Assembly (NCBI GenBank): GCA_964589445.1
Contig: CAZPQX010000001.1
Span: forward strand, 110,098 to 174,097
Length of the DNA: 64,000 bases
From: an uncultured Candidatus Saccharibacteria bacterium
GTDB lineage: Bacteria; Patescibacteriota; Minisyncoccia; Phycocordibacterales; WO2-35-19
Direction: 5' to 3'
Positions 27,652 through 36,406 of this stretch are shown piece by piece (position 1 is the stretch's first letter; each line of letters opens with the position of its first letter). The notes beneath the pieces were generated by a model, which was given only the letters and a program-made list of their open reading frames with translations, searched no databases and had not been told where the DNA came from. The translations under genes were made by a program, and so were the position numbers.

Positions 27652-28125
27652 CTACCCTCCCTTCGAAACCATAAATTTTGCGACAGCTTTTTCAACCAGA
27701 CCCCTGCTGCCGAATTTGAAAGTATGGACATCCCCTGCTGCCATAACAGGATTACTCTCCGGCTCAGGGATAAGTACGAAGGAGTTAGCGGAAACAACCT
27801 CAACACTCCAAACCACCGAAAGAGTCTTTGTGTGCAAAACCTGGACAACAGATAGGTTTTTCCGCCCAACCTCCTCTGTTTTATAAATCACATGGAAAAA
27901 CTCTCCCATACCCCATTCTCTTAGAGCTTCTTCATAAAAACCAACTAAGGCTCTAATAGAGAGATAAATCTCAAGTGCTGGTTGCATAGCAGTCTTTATC
28001 TGCTTAGTATTGTCAGGTTTGTTGCGAAACTTGGACCAAAGGGCCAAAAGATCCCTATCTGCCCAACCCCTGTCATTCATGAGGGCTTTTAATACCCCCC
28101 AGGCAGTAACCAAAAGAGACAGCAT
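27652..28125 (-). CDS. Hypothetical protein (157 aa), high-GC islet
   Basis: GGAGG RBS 8 nt upstream of the ATG; GC content well above host; no family recognised. Confidence 0.45.
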   Translation of the reverse strand: MLSLLVTAWGVLKALMNDRGWADRDLLALWSKFRNKPDNTKQIKTAMQPALEIYLSIRALVGFYEEALREWGMGEFFHVIYKTEEVGRKNLSVVQVLHTKTLSVVWSVEVVSANSFVLIPEPESNPVMAAGDVHTFKFGSRGLVEKAVAKFMVSKGG

Positions 28126-28244
28126 GTGAGCAAACCTCCAGAAATACTATTAAACACTTCATCAAATAAAGCAATAGTGCTGGCGCCCTGCCTATCCACA
28201 GCCTCACTTGCAAAAATACTTAAATATGCTATAATGTAGTAAGA

Positions 28245-28451
28245 ATGACCGACAAAAATCGGTACCCTAAGGTGGATCAGGCTCTTGCTGAGCTTAACCA
28301 CACCGAGCTGTCACGGCTCGGTAAAAAGGGGGCGGCATCAAGAAAAAGAAGGAAAAAGAAAGTTAACCCCTTCAGAATAAAATTCCTGCTTCGTGGAGCA
28401 GCAGAAGCTGAGCGCGAAGCAAACCTCGATGTTTGCCCCATCCCCGACTGA
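28245..28451 (+). CDS. Small basic hypothetical protein (68 aa, RKRRKKK stretch), high-GC
   Basis: TATAAT box 12 nt upstream; GC-rich hairpin terminator downstream (gagccgcccccgagcggctc). Confidence 0.3.
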   Translation: MTDKNRYPKVDQALAELNHTELSRLGKKGAASRKRRKKKVNPFRIKFLLRGAAEAEREANLDVCPIPD

Positions 28452-28500
28452 GATTAGAGCCGCCCCCGAGCGGCTCATTTCTTCGCCCAAAAATTCTAAA

Positions 28501-31242
28501 CTAAAGAGAGTATTTTTTCATTACCAACTCTTCGATCTCTTGGCGAGGTCGACCATACTTTTCATAAGACAGATTTTTCAAATGTTCTACCATGAGAGTG
28601 TCGCCCTTTTGAGGCGGCAAAACTTCCATATTGAAAGGTTTGGCTGGTTTTCCATTTACCAAAAGTCTTAGGTAAGCGTTGCGATTGTCTATATTCATCA
28701 GGTCACTCGCGGCAAAAATCGGAGCAAATTGTTTTTCTAAATATTCACTGTCTTCTGCCCCGACACGGAAGGCACAAATGGAGCCGACATTGCCGAAAAC
28801 TGCGTCTCTTATACCCTCTTCTATTTGAGCTATAAATTGGTGAGCGATATTGAGTGAGAGTTTGTACTTCCTAGCTTCAGAGAGGATAGTGGAAATGGAG
28901 TCGGTGGTGATATTTTGGAATTCGTCGATATATAAATAGAAAGGTGGCTGATGGGAGCCGAGCGAGTCAGCTCTCGAAAGTGCAGCCATGAGTATCTTGC
29001 CTACCAATATAAGCCCGATGAGGTTGGCATTTATGTCCCCTAGCCTACCTTTAGAAAGATTTACTAGGAGGATTTTTTTGTTATCCATGATGTCGCGGAA
29101 ATTGAAAGAAGATTTTTCTTGAGCGATGACGGGTCGCATGATTTCGTTGGCGAGGAAGACATCAAACTTGTTGGTCACATATTGCACATAGTTGGCGAGA
29201 CCCTGCTCACCGCTAGTCTTTTCTGCATTTACCCAAAACTGTTTTACTAAAGGATTTTTACATTTAGAAACCTTATAATCTCTATAAGTTTTGTCAGAAA
29301 GCACGCGCGACATGTCGACGAGAGTGTTGCCTGAGGCTGGGTCTTCCATCACGAGGAGTGCTGAGTTCCTAAAATACTGCTCGAAGGCTGGACCCATCGA
29401 CTCTGGCACATTGCCATAAAGCTTCCTGAAAATACTAAAGAGTTCGTTGACTACAAAAGTTTTTTGTTCTGGGAATCTTTCGTCATATTCGAGCATGTTG
29501 AGAGCCATCGGCCTCTCTGTAAAGCCTGGGTCGAAATATATGACATCATCCATCCTTTCCTTTGGGACATTTGCGAGCACATCTTGGATATCAGAGCCAT
29601 GAGGGTCGATCATACAAACACCATTACCCATTTTTATATCTTGGATAATCATATTTTTGAGCAAAGTAGACTTACCTGTGCCAGTCTGGCCTATACAATA
29701 AAAGTGTCGTAAGCGATCGTCTTCGGACATCTTGATTTGAGTCTCTACACTCCTATGTTTGTTTACCCCAAGCACGATACCTTCACCTGAAATATCGAGA
29801 GGTGCCTGTGCAGTCGCGGCTCTCGACTGACGGAGGCCTTCAGAGACTTTGAGGGCGCTAGTTTGGAAGTGCATAAAAGAAGTAATCTCTCTTATGTTCA
29901 TGGGCAAAAAAGAATCCTGATCAAAAATCCTAAAACTAAAATTCTTTACCAAGTTTCTCAAATTGCCTTTTTCTGACTTATGCCACTTTAGGGAATTGCC
30001 GAGAGTATTGTTGAACTGATTGAAACTGGACTTGATACTCTCCAAGATTTCTTCTGCCTCTTCTTGGGTAGCGGATGAAGCGAGCACTCTCAGGTTGCAG
30101 CGTACTATGGGTGTGGTTATCTTCCTGCCTATTTCTTCAATTACAGTTTGGTCTATCGGCTCTGGCTTCTTTGGCTCTTCGCCCTCTTTCTCTTTTGGTT
30201 TGGAAGGTCCAAACATACCCTTGAGCGTGTGGAATACTTCGCCTCCTACACTATCAGGAATATCGAGCGCTTCGCTTAGTGGTGCGCCTGCCTTTATTTT
30301 ATCTAAAGCCTTCCTATATTTTTTGATATACCTATCCCCGACTGGCGACCAAAGTAGCTGTATGGCAGCTCCTTCACCATCGCGATTTACTTTTGAAAAA
30401 CCAGAAATAATAAGGTTGAGCGGGTCATGACTAAAGCTTTCATAAGTCTTGAGTGGATAGATTGGATTTTTCTCAAAGAGTGCATAGCTGGCTGCAGTGT
30501 GGCCTGTCTCGTTGAAGATATTGTAGTCGTCGTTTTTTTCTTCTATTTTTGCATTATGGAAAATCGAGAGAATAGACTTTTCAAAAAGACCCTTCCTAGA
30601 TAAAGGCACGGCCACATAAAAAACTACTTCCTTAGAAAAGTTGGAGTTGGCTATCTCGAGTGATATCCAATTTTCTTCACCTTCCTTTGAAACCGAGAGC
30701 ATGCTCGCATAAAACTGCTCCATGCCAGAAATAATTTCTTCCAGCTTTACGTTTTCCTTTCCTTCTTCTTCTTTTATCAAAACTTGGTACAAGACCATGT
30801 TCATAATCTTCCACATCTTCTCTTTTTCACTCACGCCGGGGATGGTGAAGCCCTCTCTTATGTACTCAGAAACAAAACGATGGAAGTCGTCTGTGATATG
30901 AAAGTTTGAAAGCTTCTCGACGGCAGAAAGAGCATTTTTGATACCCTTCTCTTTGGCGAGCTTCACGAGCTCACTCACCTGCTTGTCGTGACTCTCGGGA
31001 GATAGTTTGACTATGAAATTTTCAACCTCATCTTGTGAAGCGTGGAATTCTGGGTGCACCACTTCTTCTGACTTCACAGTTTTGTATTCGGCGAGTGTCT
31101 CTCGTGCTAGAAAAACCGGGTCTTTGTTTATACCCACCTGCTCTAGAGCTTTTTCTTTTTCGGCGACAAGCCCACGCAAATAAGAAACCTCCTCCTCTGG
31201 GTTTTTGAACGGGGCTTCGGGCATTTTAAATTTGTAGTCCAT
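28501..31242 (-). CDS. Soluble TraG/VirD4/TrwB-family (FtsK/HerA superfamily) P-loop ATPase, 913 aa
   Basis: Walker A FYCIGQTGTGKSTLLKNMI...CMIDPHGS; TraG-D_C-like Walker B region PFYLYIDEFQNITT...ARKYKLSLNIAHQFIAQ; no N-terminal TM helices. Confidence 0.65.
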   Translation of the reverse strand: MDYKFKMPEAPFKNPEEEVSYLRGLVAEKEKALEQVGINKDPVFLARETLAEYKTVKSEEVVHPEFHASQDEVENFIVKLSPESHDKQVSELVKLAKEKGIKNALSAVEKLSNFHITDDFHRFVSEYIREGFTIPGVSEKEKMWKIMNMVLYQVLIKEEEGKENVKLEEIISGMEQFYASMLSVSKEGEENWISLEIANSNFSKEVVFYVAVPLSRKGLFEKSILSIFHNAKIEEKNDDYNIFNETGHTAASYALFEKNPIYPLKTYESFSHDPLNLIISGFSKVNRDGEGAAIQLLWSPVGDRYIKKYRKALDKIKAGAPLSEALDIPDSVGGEVFHTLKGMFGPSKPKEKEGEEPKKPEPIDQTVIEEIGRKITTPIVRCNLRVLASSATQEEAEEILESIKSSFNQFNNTLGNSLKWHKSEKGNLRNLVKNFSFRIFDQDSFLPMNIREITSFMHFQTSALKVSEGLRQSRAATAQAPLDISGEGIVLGVNKHRSVETQIKMSEDDRLRHFYCIGQTGTGKSTLLKNMIIQDIKMGNGVCMIDPHGSDIQDVLANVPKERMDDVIYFDPGFTERPMALNMLEYDERFPEQKTFVVNELFSIFRKLYGNVPESMGPAFEQYFRNSALLVMEDPASGNTLVDMSRVLSDKTYRDYKVSKCKNPLVKQFWVNAEKTSGEQGLANYVQYVTNKFDVFLANEIMRPVIAQEKSSFNFRDIMDNKKILLVNLSKGRLGDINANLIGLILVGKILMAALSRADSLGSHQPPFYLYIDEFQNITTDSISTILSEARKYKLSLNIAHQFIAQIEEGIRDAVFGNVGSICAFRVGAEDSEYLEKQFAPIFAASDLMNIDNRNAYLRLLVNGKPAKPFNMEVLPPQKGDTLMVEHLKNLSYEKYGRPRQEIEELVMKKYSL

Positions 31243-31313
31243 CTTCTTTTAAATTATACAAAAACAAAAGCGCTTTAAGAAGCGCTTGTTGTTTAAAAAC
31301 TCATGAAATAAAT

Positions 31314-31508
31314 TTACATAGGCATCGAGTTGTTGCTCTTTGGCTTCAAAGAAACCAAAGCAGAAACACCTACGAGTATGTAAACTATTCTTGGGATCCA
31401 TCCCATCATGCTCATGCCAAGGAAACCAAACAAATCGTTTTGGAAGAGTCCTACTAGGAGCCAGTTGATGCCCCCTATGATGAGAAGCCAAAATGCTATT
31501 TTGCTCAT
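31314..31508 (-). CDS. DUF378-family small membrane protein (start at internal MSKIAFWLL...)
   Basis: MSKIAFWLLIIGGINWLLVGLF matches the DUF378 signature (LLI.GG.NW.LVG). Confidence 0.55.
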   Translation of the reverse strand: MSKIAFWLLIIGGINWLLVGLFQNDLFGFLGMSMMGWIPRIVYILVGVSALVSLKPKSNNSMPM

Positions 31509-31671
31509 AAAAATTTGAGTTAGTGTTTTAATAAAAACGACCACTTTTAATACATCTAAATTATACGACACAATAGTTTTGAAATAAAACCAAAAATTGT
31601 GTATTATTCTGCTTGTCCGCTAAATGCGTTTGGTTTGGTAGGCTTGCCCCGCGAAGCTTTAGCGTAGTGGG

Positions 31672-31850
31672 GGCCCTATCGTAAACGGTTAGTCGCCTCC
31701 TCGGCGACCCGCCGAGGAGGCGGGGACGGAGCCTTCTCAAGACTTAAAGAGGGGTTGAATTGCGAAAGCTTGGAGCAATTCAAAGCCGGACTGAGCGGAG
31801 GCGAAGGAGGCGGGGTCGTGGAAATTTTTAGCAAAAAATTATCTGTGACC
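31672..31850 (+). pseudogene. tRNA-Glu-like unit 1, disrupted by GC-rich hairpin insertions in the D-loop and T-loop regions (probably non-functional)
   Basis: Starts ggccctatcgtaaacggttag, then a 31-nt perfect hairpin (cgcctcctcggcg accc gccgaggaggcg), then ggacggagccttctcaagactt (CUC anticodon loop) and a disrupted T arm; no matching 3' acceptor strand. Confidence 0.3.
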
Positions 31851-31887
31851 GATTCCCAAATCGAACGTTGTGTAGTAAAAATATATG

Positions 31888-32050
31888 GCCCTATCGTCTA
31901 ACGGTTAGGACGGAGCCTTCGAGAGGTGAGGTTGGGATATGGGACCCAACCGCAAGACCTTTTGAGAATTTTTATGAGTAGAACGAAATAAAAAGCCCAA
32001 AAGGTGTACAGCGACTGTAAGTCGGAAAATTCGGGTTCGATACAATTAAA
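31888..32050 (+). pseudogene. tRNA-Glu-like unit 2: first 33 nt identical in register to the intact tRNA (through U33), then about 115 nt of unrelated GC-rich sequence and a T-arm remnant
   Basis: ggccctatcgtctaacggttaggacggagcctt | cgagaggtgaggttggg... ttcgggttcgatac; no 3' acceptor complement. Confidence 0.3.
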
Positions 32051-32054
32051 TAAT

Positions 32055-32126
32055 GGCCTCATCGTCTAACGGTTAGGACGGAGCCTTCTCAAGGCTTAAA
32101 TCGGGGTTCGATTCCCCGTGAGGTCA
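32055..32126 (+). tRNA. tRNA-Glu (anticodon CUC), 72 nt, CCA not encoded
   Basis: Cloverleaf by hand: acceptor ggcctca/tgaggtc (one G-U), D stem gtct/ggac, anticodon stem gagcc/ggctt with loop ttCTCaa, T arm cgggg-ttcgatt-ccccg. Confidence 0.75.
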
Positions 32127-32160
32127 CATTCAACAGCTAGCACGAGAAGCGTGCGAAATA

Positions 32161-32859
32161 ATGCTTCTTTACTGCCGAAGTTTTGTACATAATTACATTA
32201 TGAAGGAACACTTTGACAAAAATAAACGCCAGATATTGATGACAATTACACATCTGAATCGTTTTCATCTGCGCGCAGTAAGAAAAGATACTAAAGTAAG
32301 TGAAATTAGTTTAGATAATATTTTTGCAAAAATTATTATAGGGCTCTGGGTATCTCTATTAGAGGTTGAGTATGAATTATTAAACAGTAAAGTTGGATTA
32401 AAAAAAGAAAAAGATTCTTTAAAAGATAAATATTTGAAATTGTTAGATAGATTGTTTCAAGAAAAGTATTTAAATAATAGCGGAAAAGATATTAACCAAA
32501 GGAATTTAGGTCACGATAGTTATCATCGTTACAAAACTCTTAATGACATTATAAATAATGAATTAGCTAATTATATTGAGATTAGAAATAAAATAGCTCA
32601 TGGTCAATGGCATGTTGCTTTTTCAGATTCCGGAAAGGTTAATAATGACATAACCGCACATGTATGGAAATTATCTAAAAAAGATCTCCTCATTCTGAAA
32701 ACACTTGTCATAAATATACCTGCAATTTTAAATATTCTTTTTCAAAGCAAGAAAACTTTTGAAAGAGATTTTAATAAAATAATAAATAAAGTCTTATTAT
32801 CAAAAGAAGATAATGAAATCAGGTTTGGCTGGCTAAAAAATAAAGCTAGGAAAATATGA
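32161..32859 (+). CDS. Rx4H (HEPN-type) motif protein A, Abi-like; possible start at 32200 (MKEHFDK)
   Basis: ...ELANYIEIRNKIAHGQWHV... contains R-N-K-I-A-H in an alpha-helical context, resembling the RNxxAH signature of Abi_2/AbiD-type HEPN proteins; AT-rich accessory DNA next to a tRNA. Confidence 0.5.
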   Translation: MLLYCRSFVHNYIMKEHFDKNKRQILMTITHLNRFHLRAVRKDTKVSEISLDNIFAKIIIGLWVSLLEVEYELLNSKVGLKKEKDSLKDKYLKLLDRLFQEKYLNNSGKDINQRNLGHDSYHRYKTLNDIINNELANYIEIRNKIAHGQWHVAFSDSGKVNNDITAHVWKLSKKDLLILKTLVINIPAILNILFQSKKTFERDFNKIINKVLLSKEDNEIRFGWLKNKARKI

Positions 32860-33515
32860 GCCTTCTAGAAAATAAACCCAATAGTAAAGAGGAAAAAGTT
32901 CTAGAACTTTTCTATAATAGATTTTACGATTTGTACGAGGAATTATATCAAGAGGAGTTTTTTAAGAGAGAAGAATCCTACAGATTCTATCGAATACGAG
33001 AAATCTTTTCTGTATACAAAGAACTACTAGGGTATGAACCAATCCAATACTATATTAAATATGTTAAAAATGGGGGTAGACCACCTCTTGAGGGTTTAAT
33101 TGTTGATGATCTTTTTAGTTTTGTAAGAAACCTACTTCTACACTTTCCAGTTTTTGATAAATGGGAAGATGTTTACATAAGTAAAGATTTAGCTACTTGG
33201 AATAAAGTAGGTACTATTCATAAGTTTCTATTAAAAAGCAGTAAAATAAAAATCGATGATAGTGGAGTTATAAAATATAGGATATGGGAAAAGAGCAAAA
33301 AGCTAATGACTTATATTCAATTCCACTTACCAGAAGAATACAACGATAGTAGAAAAATATTCCTTAAAGAGGTTATTTCTGAAACAGATGGTATCAAACT
33401 TTGCATATCTTTTATGAAGCAAGTTCTAGATACACAAGTTCATTCTAATACTGAGGAGGATATTGTAATAATGTCTCAAGTTTACATGCCAATTCCTGAA
33501 ACTAGAAATCCATAG
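32856..33515 (+). CDS. Rx4H (HEPN-type) motif protein B, translationally coupled to protein A (ATGA overlap)
   Basis: ...DLFSFVRNLLLHFPVFDKWE... contains R-N-L-L-L-H; 4-nt overlap with the upstream gene. Confidence 0.5.
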   Translation: MSLLENKPNSKEEKVLELFYNRFYDLYEELYQEEFFKREESYRFYRIREIFSVYKELLGYEPIQYYIKYVKNGGRPPLEGLIVDDLFSFVRNLLLHFPVFDKWEDVYISKDLATWNKVGTIHKFLLKSSKIKIDDSGVIKYRIWEKSKKLMTYIQFHLPEEYNDSRKIFLKEVISETDGIKLCISFMKQVLDTQVHSNTEEDIVIMSQVYMPIPETRNP

Positions 33516-33679
33516 TCGCACGGGAAGGGTCATTAGAAACTTAATAACGTTACTCAGAATAACCTTACTGGACAACAAATCAGACAGGTTCTATCTCGAG
33601 AAGGCTCACCTTTTAGAGAGCGCTCGGGAAGGATATGAAAATTGGAGACTTTTTTCATTAAAAATGTATAATTTATTAA

Positions 33680-34303
33680 ATGGAATTTGTCTATATAGGT
33701 TTTGGATGGCTACTGGGTCTTTTAGCCCCAGCAACCACAAAACGGATTGCGGATCATTATGAAAAACAGAATCTTGAAAAGATTATTCTTAATGACATAA
33801 AAGATTTAAAGAAAAGACTCGGGGGAATACCCTATCTTGTATACCCTAAGCACGGAAAATTAAATCAAGAGATTTTTAATTGGATTAAAAGTAATTCTAG
33901 TATTGACTTCGATACCGGATTAACGCAACTTGCTGAACAAGGATTAACTGAGACCCAGATAATAAATCATCTAAATACAATAGGACAACAAGATGTAACA
34001 ACAACATACTTTAAGAAAGTAAACCTTTTTGCGACAGACTCTCATCTTACTAAATTAAGTTTAATTGAAAATAATCTAATGGAGAAAATTTTAGAGATAA
34101 AATTCCATGTACAAGCACTAAATGAAGACATCGATAGTTTTAGGGATGATCTAAAAATGACGTTTATGCCAGGAATCACTCCACAAAATCATATAATAGT
34201 ATCGGTTGAAATTGATAAAAAGAGTTTAATGATTGCAAAAAAGTCTATGTTTATAGTTGATAAAATTAATGAAATTCTATTCTCTCGAAAAGGGTCGAAA
34301 TAA
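33680..34303 (+). CDS. Hypothetical membrane-anchored protein (1 N-terminal TM helix), third gene of the accessory island
   Basis: MEFVYIGFGWLLGLLAPATT... TM helix, then a soluble domain with no recognised family; TGTATAAT box at 33657-33664. Confidence 0.45.
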   Translation: MEFVYIGFGWLLGLLAPATTKRIADHYEKQNLEKIILNDIKDLKKRLGGIPYLVYPKHGKLNQEIFNWIKSNSSIDFDTGLTQLAEQGLTETQIINHLNTIGQQDVTTTYFKKVNLFATDSHLTKLSLIENNLMEKILEIKFHVQALNEDIDSFRDDLKMTFMPGITPQNHIIVSVEIDKKSLMIAKKSMFIVDKINEILFSRKGSK

Positions 34304-34376
34304 TATACTTAAAAAACTTTAAATAGCCTTACGGAACAATGAACCCTGAGGCTCTATCTTGCTATACGCCCACAAA

Positions 34377-34405
34377 TTGACAATTACTTAATTTAGGAGT
34401 ATAAA
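34377..34405 (+). promoter_or_regulatory. Sigma70-like promoter TTGACA-17-TATAAA, followed by a 15-aa uORF (34422-34469, MKKLLGKDVCVYEKK) whose TGA overlaps the ATG of the downstream gene
   Basis: ttgaca(34377-82) attacttaatttaggag tataaa(34400-05); AGGAG RBS; ATGA coupling at 34466-34469. Confidence 0.35.
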
Positions 34406-34465
34406 AAAATAGGAGTACCTCATGAAAAAACTACTAGGTAAAGATGTTTGTGTATATGAGAAAAA

Positions 34466-35035
34466 ATGAATACGACTAATAGAACACAACAGCTCTGCGA
34501 CGCCCTCAAACAAGGCGCACCCTGGGGTTCACTCGCAAGATTCCTCGACACGATCAATTTGATCGAAGAATTGGAACAATTGGCCCCTATACTCCATGGA
34601 TCAAATAAAGCGGATCTAGCCGAGTACTACAAGGAGAACCTCCTTCGGTGGCCTGACCCCCAATTGCCGGCAGGGTTCAGCGAGAAGTACCCCCTGTTCT
34701 CTGCACGGCTAGATACACCAGGAAAAATTCGCATTCTTTTGCGGGGTGCATACTACCGCGATGTCCCCCCAGAAATTATGGGCGATGTTTTCGAAGAGAT
34801 CATCCGCCGTCACGAGGTGGAAGGCGAGAGAAAAATCGTTTATCGCAACTACCGCAACACTACGCGCGATCGCGCTTTGCGAATCGTATACCACACCCAG
34901 CTCCCATACTGGACCCTGACGGAACTGGCCCTGAATGGAATGCCCAACGTCGGCATTTCTACCAAAGAAGGTCTCTTCCTCGATTGGAGAACAAAAGAGG
35001 AGAGACTCGCAGCCGGCGAAACCGTGTATTCATAG
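34466..35035 (+). CDS. Hypothetical protein (189 aa), high-GC islet
   Basis: Abrupt GC jump exactly at the start codon; terminator with the same 3' end (ggcggattttgtt) as the 8140 gene. Confidence 0.5.
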   Translation: MNTTNRTQQLCDALKQGAPWGSLARFLDTINLIEELEQLAPILHGSNKADLAEYYKENLLRWPDPQLPAGFSEKYPLFSARLDTPGKIRILLRGAYYRDVPPEIMGDVFEEIIRRHEVEGERKIVYRNYRNTTRDRALRIVYHTQLPYWTLTELALNGMPNVGISTKEGLFLDWRTKEERLAAGETVYS

Positions 35036-35042
35036 TCAATTA

Positions 35043-35090
35043 GCCGCCCACAACAGGACAAGATCCGTTGGAGGGCGGATTTTGTTATCT
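35043..35090 (+). terminator. Rho-independent terminator
   Basis: gccgccc...ggagggcgg hairpin + attttgttatct; the 3' half is nearly identical to the terminator at 8890-8911. Confidence 0.45.
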
Positions 35091-35328
35091 AAATTTTCCA
35101 TAAGAATAGTTTATTCCTAAATAAACTTATTTTCAAAAACCTACCCCCCCATTGACTTCCCCATCATTTGAAGGCCGGCGGCTTTTTTTAAAAAATTCCA
35201 AATATCCCCTTCAAAAATTCAACAAATTTGTGGAGAAGAAATAATAATCAAAATTCTCTTTACAAAGTTTAAAAATACTTGCAAAACTGTATTGGCCTGA
35301 TAAGATCTGCAACGGAAAGGAGAAAGCC

Positions 35329-35553
35329 ATGAAGGTTTGCCCACATCGTGGTGAAAAATTCTCTAAGCGCAGGTGGGATAGAGAGACCAACCCACCCAAG
35401 ATGCGCTGTGCATCGTGCAGTGTCACTCTATTTTCCAGAGAAGGAATCCTAGACACCTGGGAATTTCTTCATCCTCCCGACGAAGGAGGGATAGGGAAAA
35501 AGCTGAATAAGCAAAAACCCAAAGAAGAACCTTCGTTCGGGGAGGAATACTAG
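35329..35553 (+). CDS. Small zinc-ribbon-like protein (74 aa)
   Basis: GGAGAAAGCC-ATG RBS; CPHRGEKF...CASCS Cys/His pairs. Confidence 0.4.
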   Translation: MKVCPHRGEKFSKRRWDRETNPPKMRCASCSVTLFSREGILDTWEFLHPPDEGGIGKKLNKQKPKEEPSFGEEY

Positions 35554-35682
35554 AACCTAAGTCTCCCTCACCCCCCTCAGCCGCCGCCCCACCACGGGCG
35601 ACCTTTCTTTTTCTCCTCTTTTTATCGCCTTGACACACCATATTTAATATTGTAATTTCTTAAAAGAAAGGCTTTTCATCAT

Positions 35683-35970
35683 ATGGGGAAATTAGGAGTT
35701 GAGCCTCAGACCGAGGCCATGATCCTGGAGAACTTAGGTAAGTCTCTCCAGACACTTCGAGATGAAAATCCCGAAGCCACCTTCGACAAAGAATTGGTCG
35801 AGGCGATTTGCTTAGAGCGAGTGTTCCCTCATCAAGCAGCAGGCCTGCTTGGAATGACAGAAGACGCCTCGCTCGACTTGTTTTTTGGGCTGTTTCGCCA
35901 AGAGTCGTCGCGACAGGAGTTCTTCTCGTTCTACGTGGTGCGGTGGAAGCAGAAGCACCAAGAACACTAA
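35683..35970 (+). CDS. Hypothetical protein (95 aa), high-GC; N-terminus MGKLGVEPQTE similar to the 8140 gene (MGKSGVEPEGK)
   Basis: About 45 nt spanning RBS and start are conserved with 8100-8160 (aaaagaaagg....catcatgggaaaatcaggagt.ga.cc). Confidence 0.4.
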   Translation: MGKLGVEPQTEAMILENLGKSLQTLRDENPEATFDKELVEAICLERVFPHQAAGLLGMTEDASLDLFFGLFRQESSRQEFFSFYVVRWKQKHQEH

Positions 35971-36069
35971 AACGAACCCCTCGCCCGCCGCGCCCACAAG
36001 GCCGGCGGCTTTCTTTTTGTTAAAATTTTAAGTCCCCCGCCCCAACCCACAATTTGCTATAATATACTC

Positions 36070-36402
36070 ATGAATCAAAATACTTTTAAATTTAAAAAAT
36101 GGTTTGGGAGGGTTTTAGGAGCTATGTTAGTTTTTGTACCAAATTTTGTCTATGCATTTTCTTTTGAATTCGTACAACAAAGCAACTACTCCGCTAGTAG
36201 CCCAGCAGGGCTCATCTCGGGGCTGTGGCATGGCATGATAGCCCCTTGGTCTCTCATCGCAAGATGGTTTTTTAGTGACATTGGGCTATATGCCTTTTCC
36301 AACACGGGCTGGTTTTATGATGCTGGCTTCCTCATTGGAGCTGGTGGCTCTATCCCTCTCGGCTGGCTCGCAGCCATAATCGCTACAATAGCAATGTTTT
36401 AA
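36070..36402 (+). CDS. Hypothetical membrane protein
   Basis: 3 predicted TM helices, low-GC host-like composition. Confidence 0.4.
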   Translation: MNQNTFKFKKWFGRVLGAMLVFVPNFVYAFSFEFVQQSNYSASSPAGLISGLWHGMIAPWSLIARWFFSDIGLYAFSNTGWFYDAGFLIGAGGSIPLGWLAAIIATIAMF

Positions 36403-36406
36403 ATAT

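Noticed and set aside
31600-32130. tmRNA or RNase P RNA in the tRNA-like repeat region
   Set aside because: No tmRNA tag-reading frame or 3' tRNA-like domain (…GGUUCGA…CCACCA) and none of the conserved RNase P P4/P10-12 sequences; the units align to tRNA-Glu instead.
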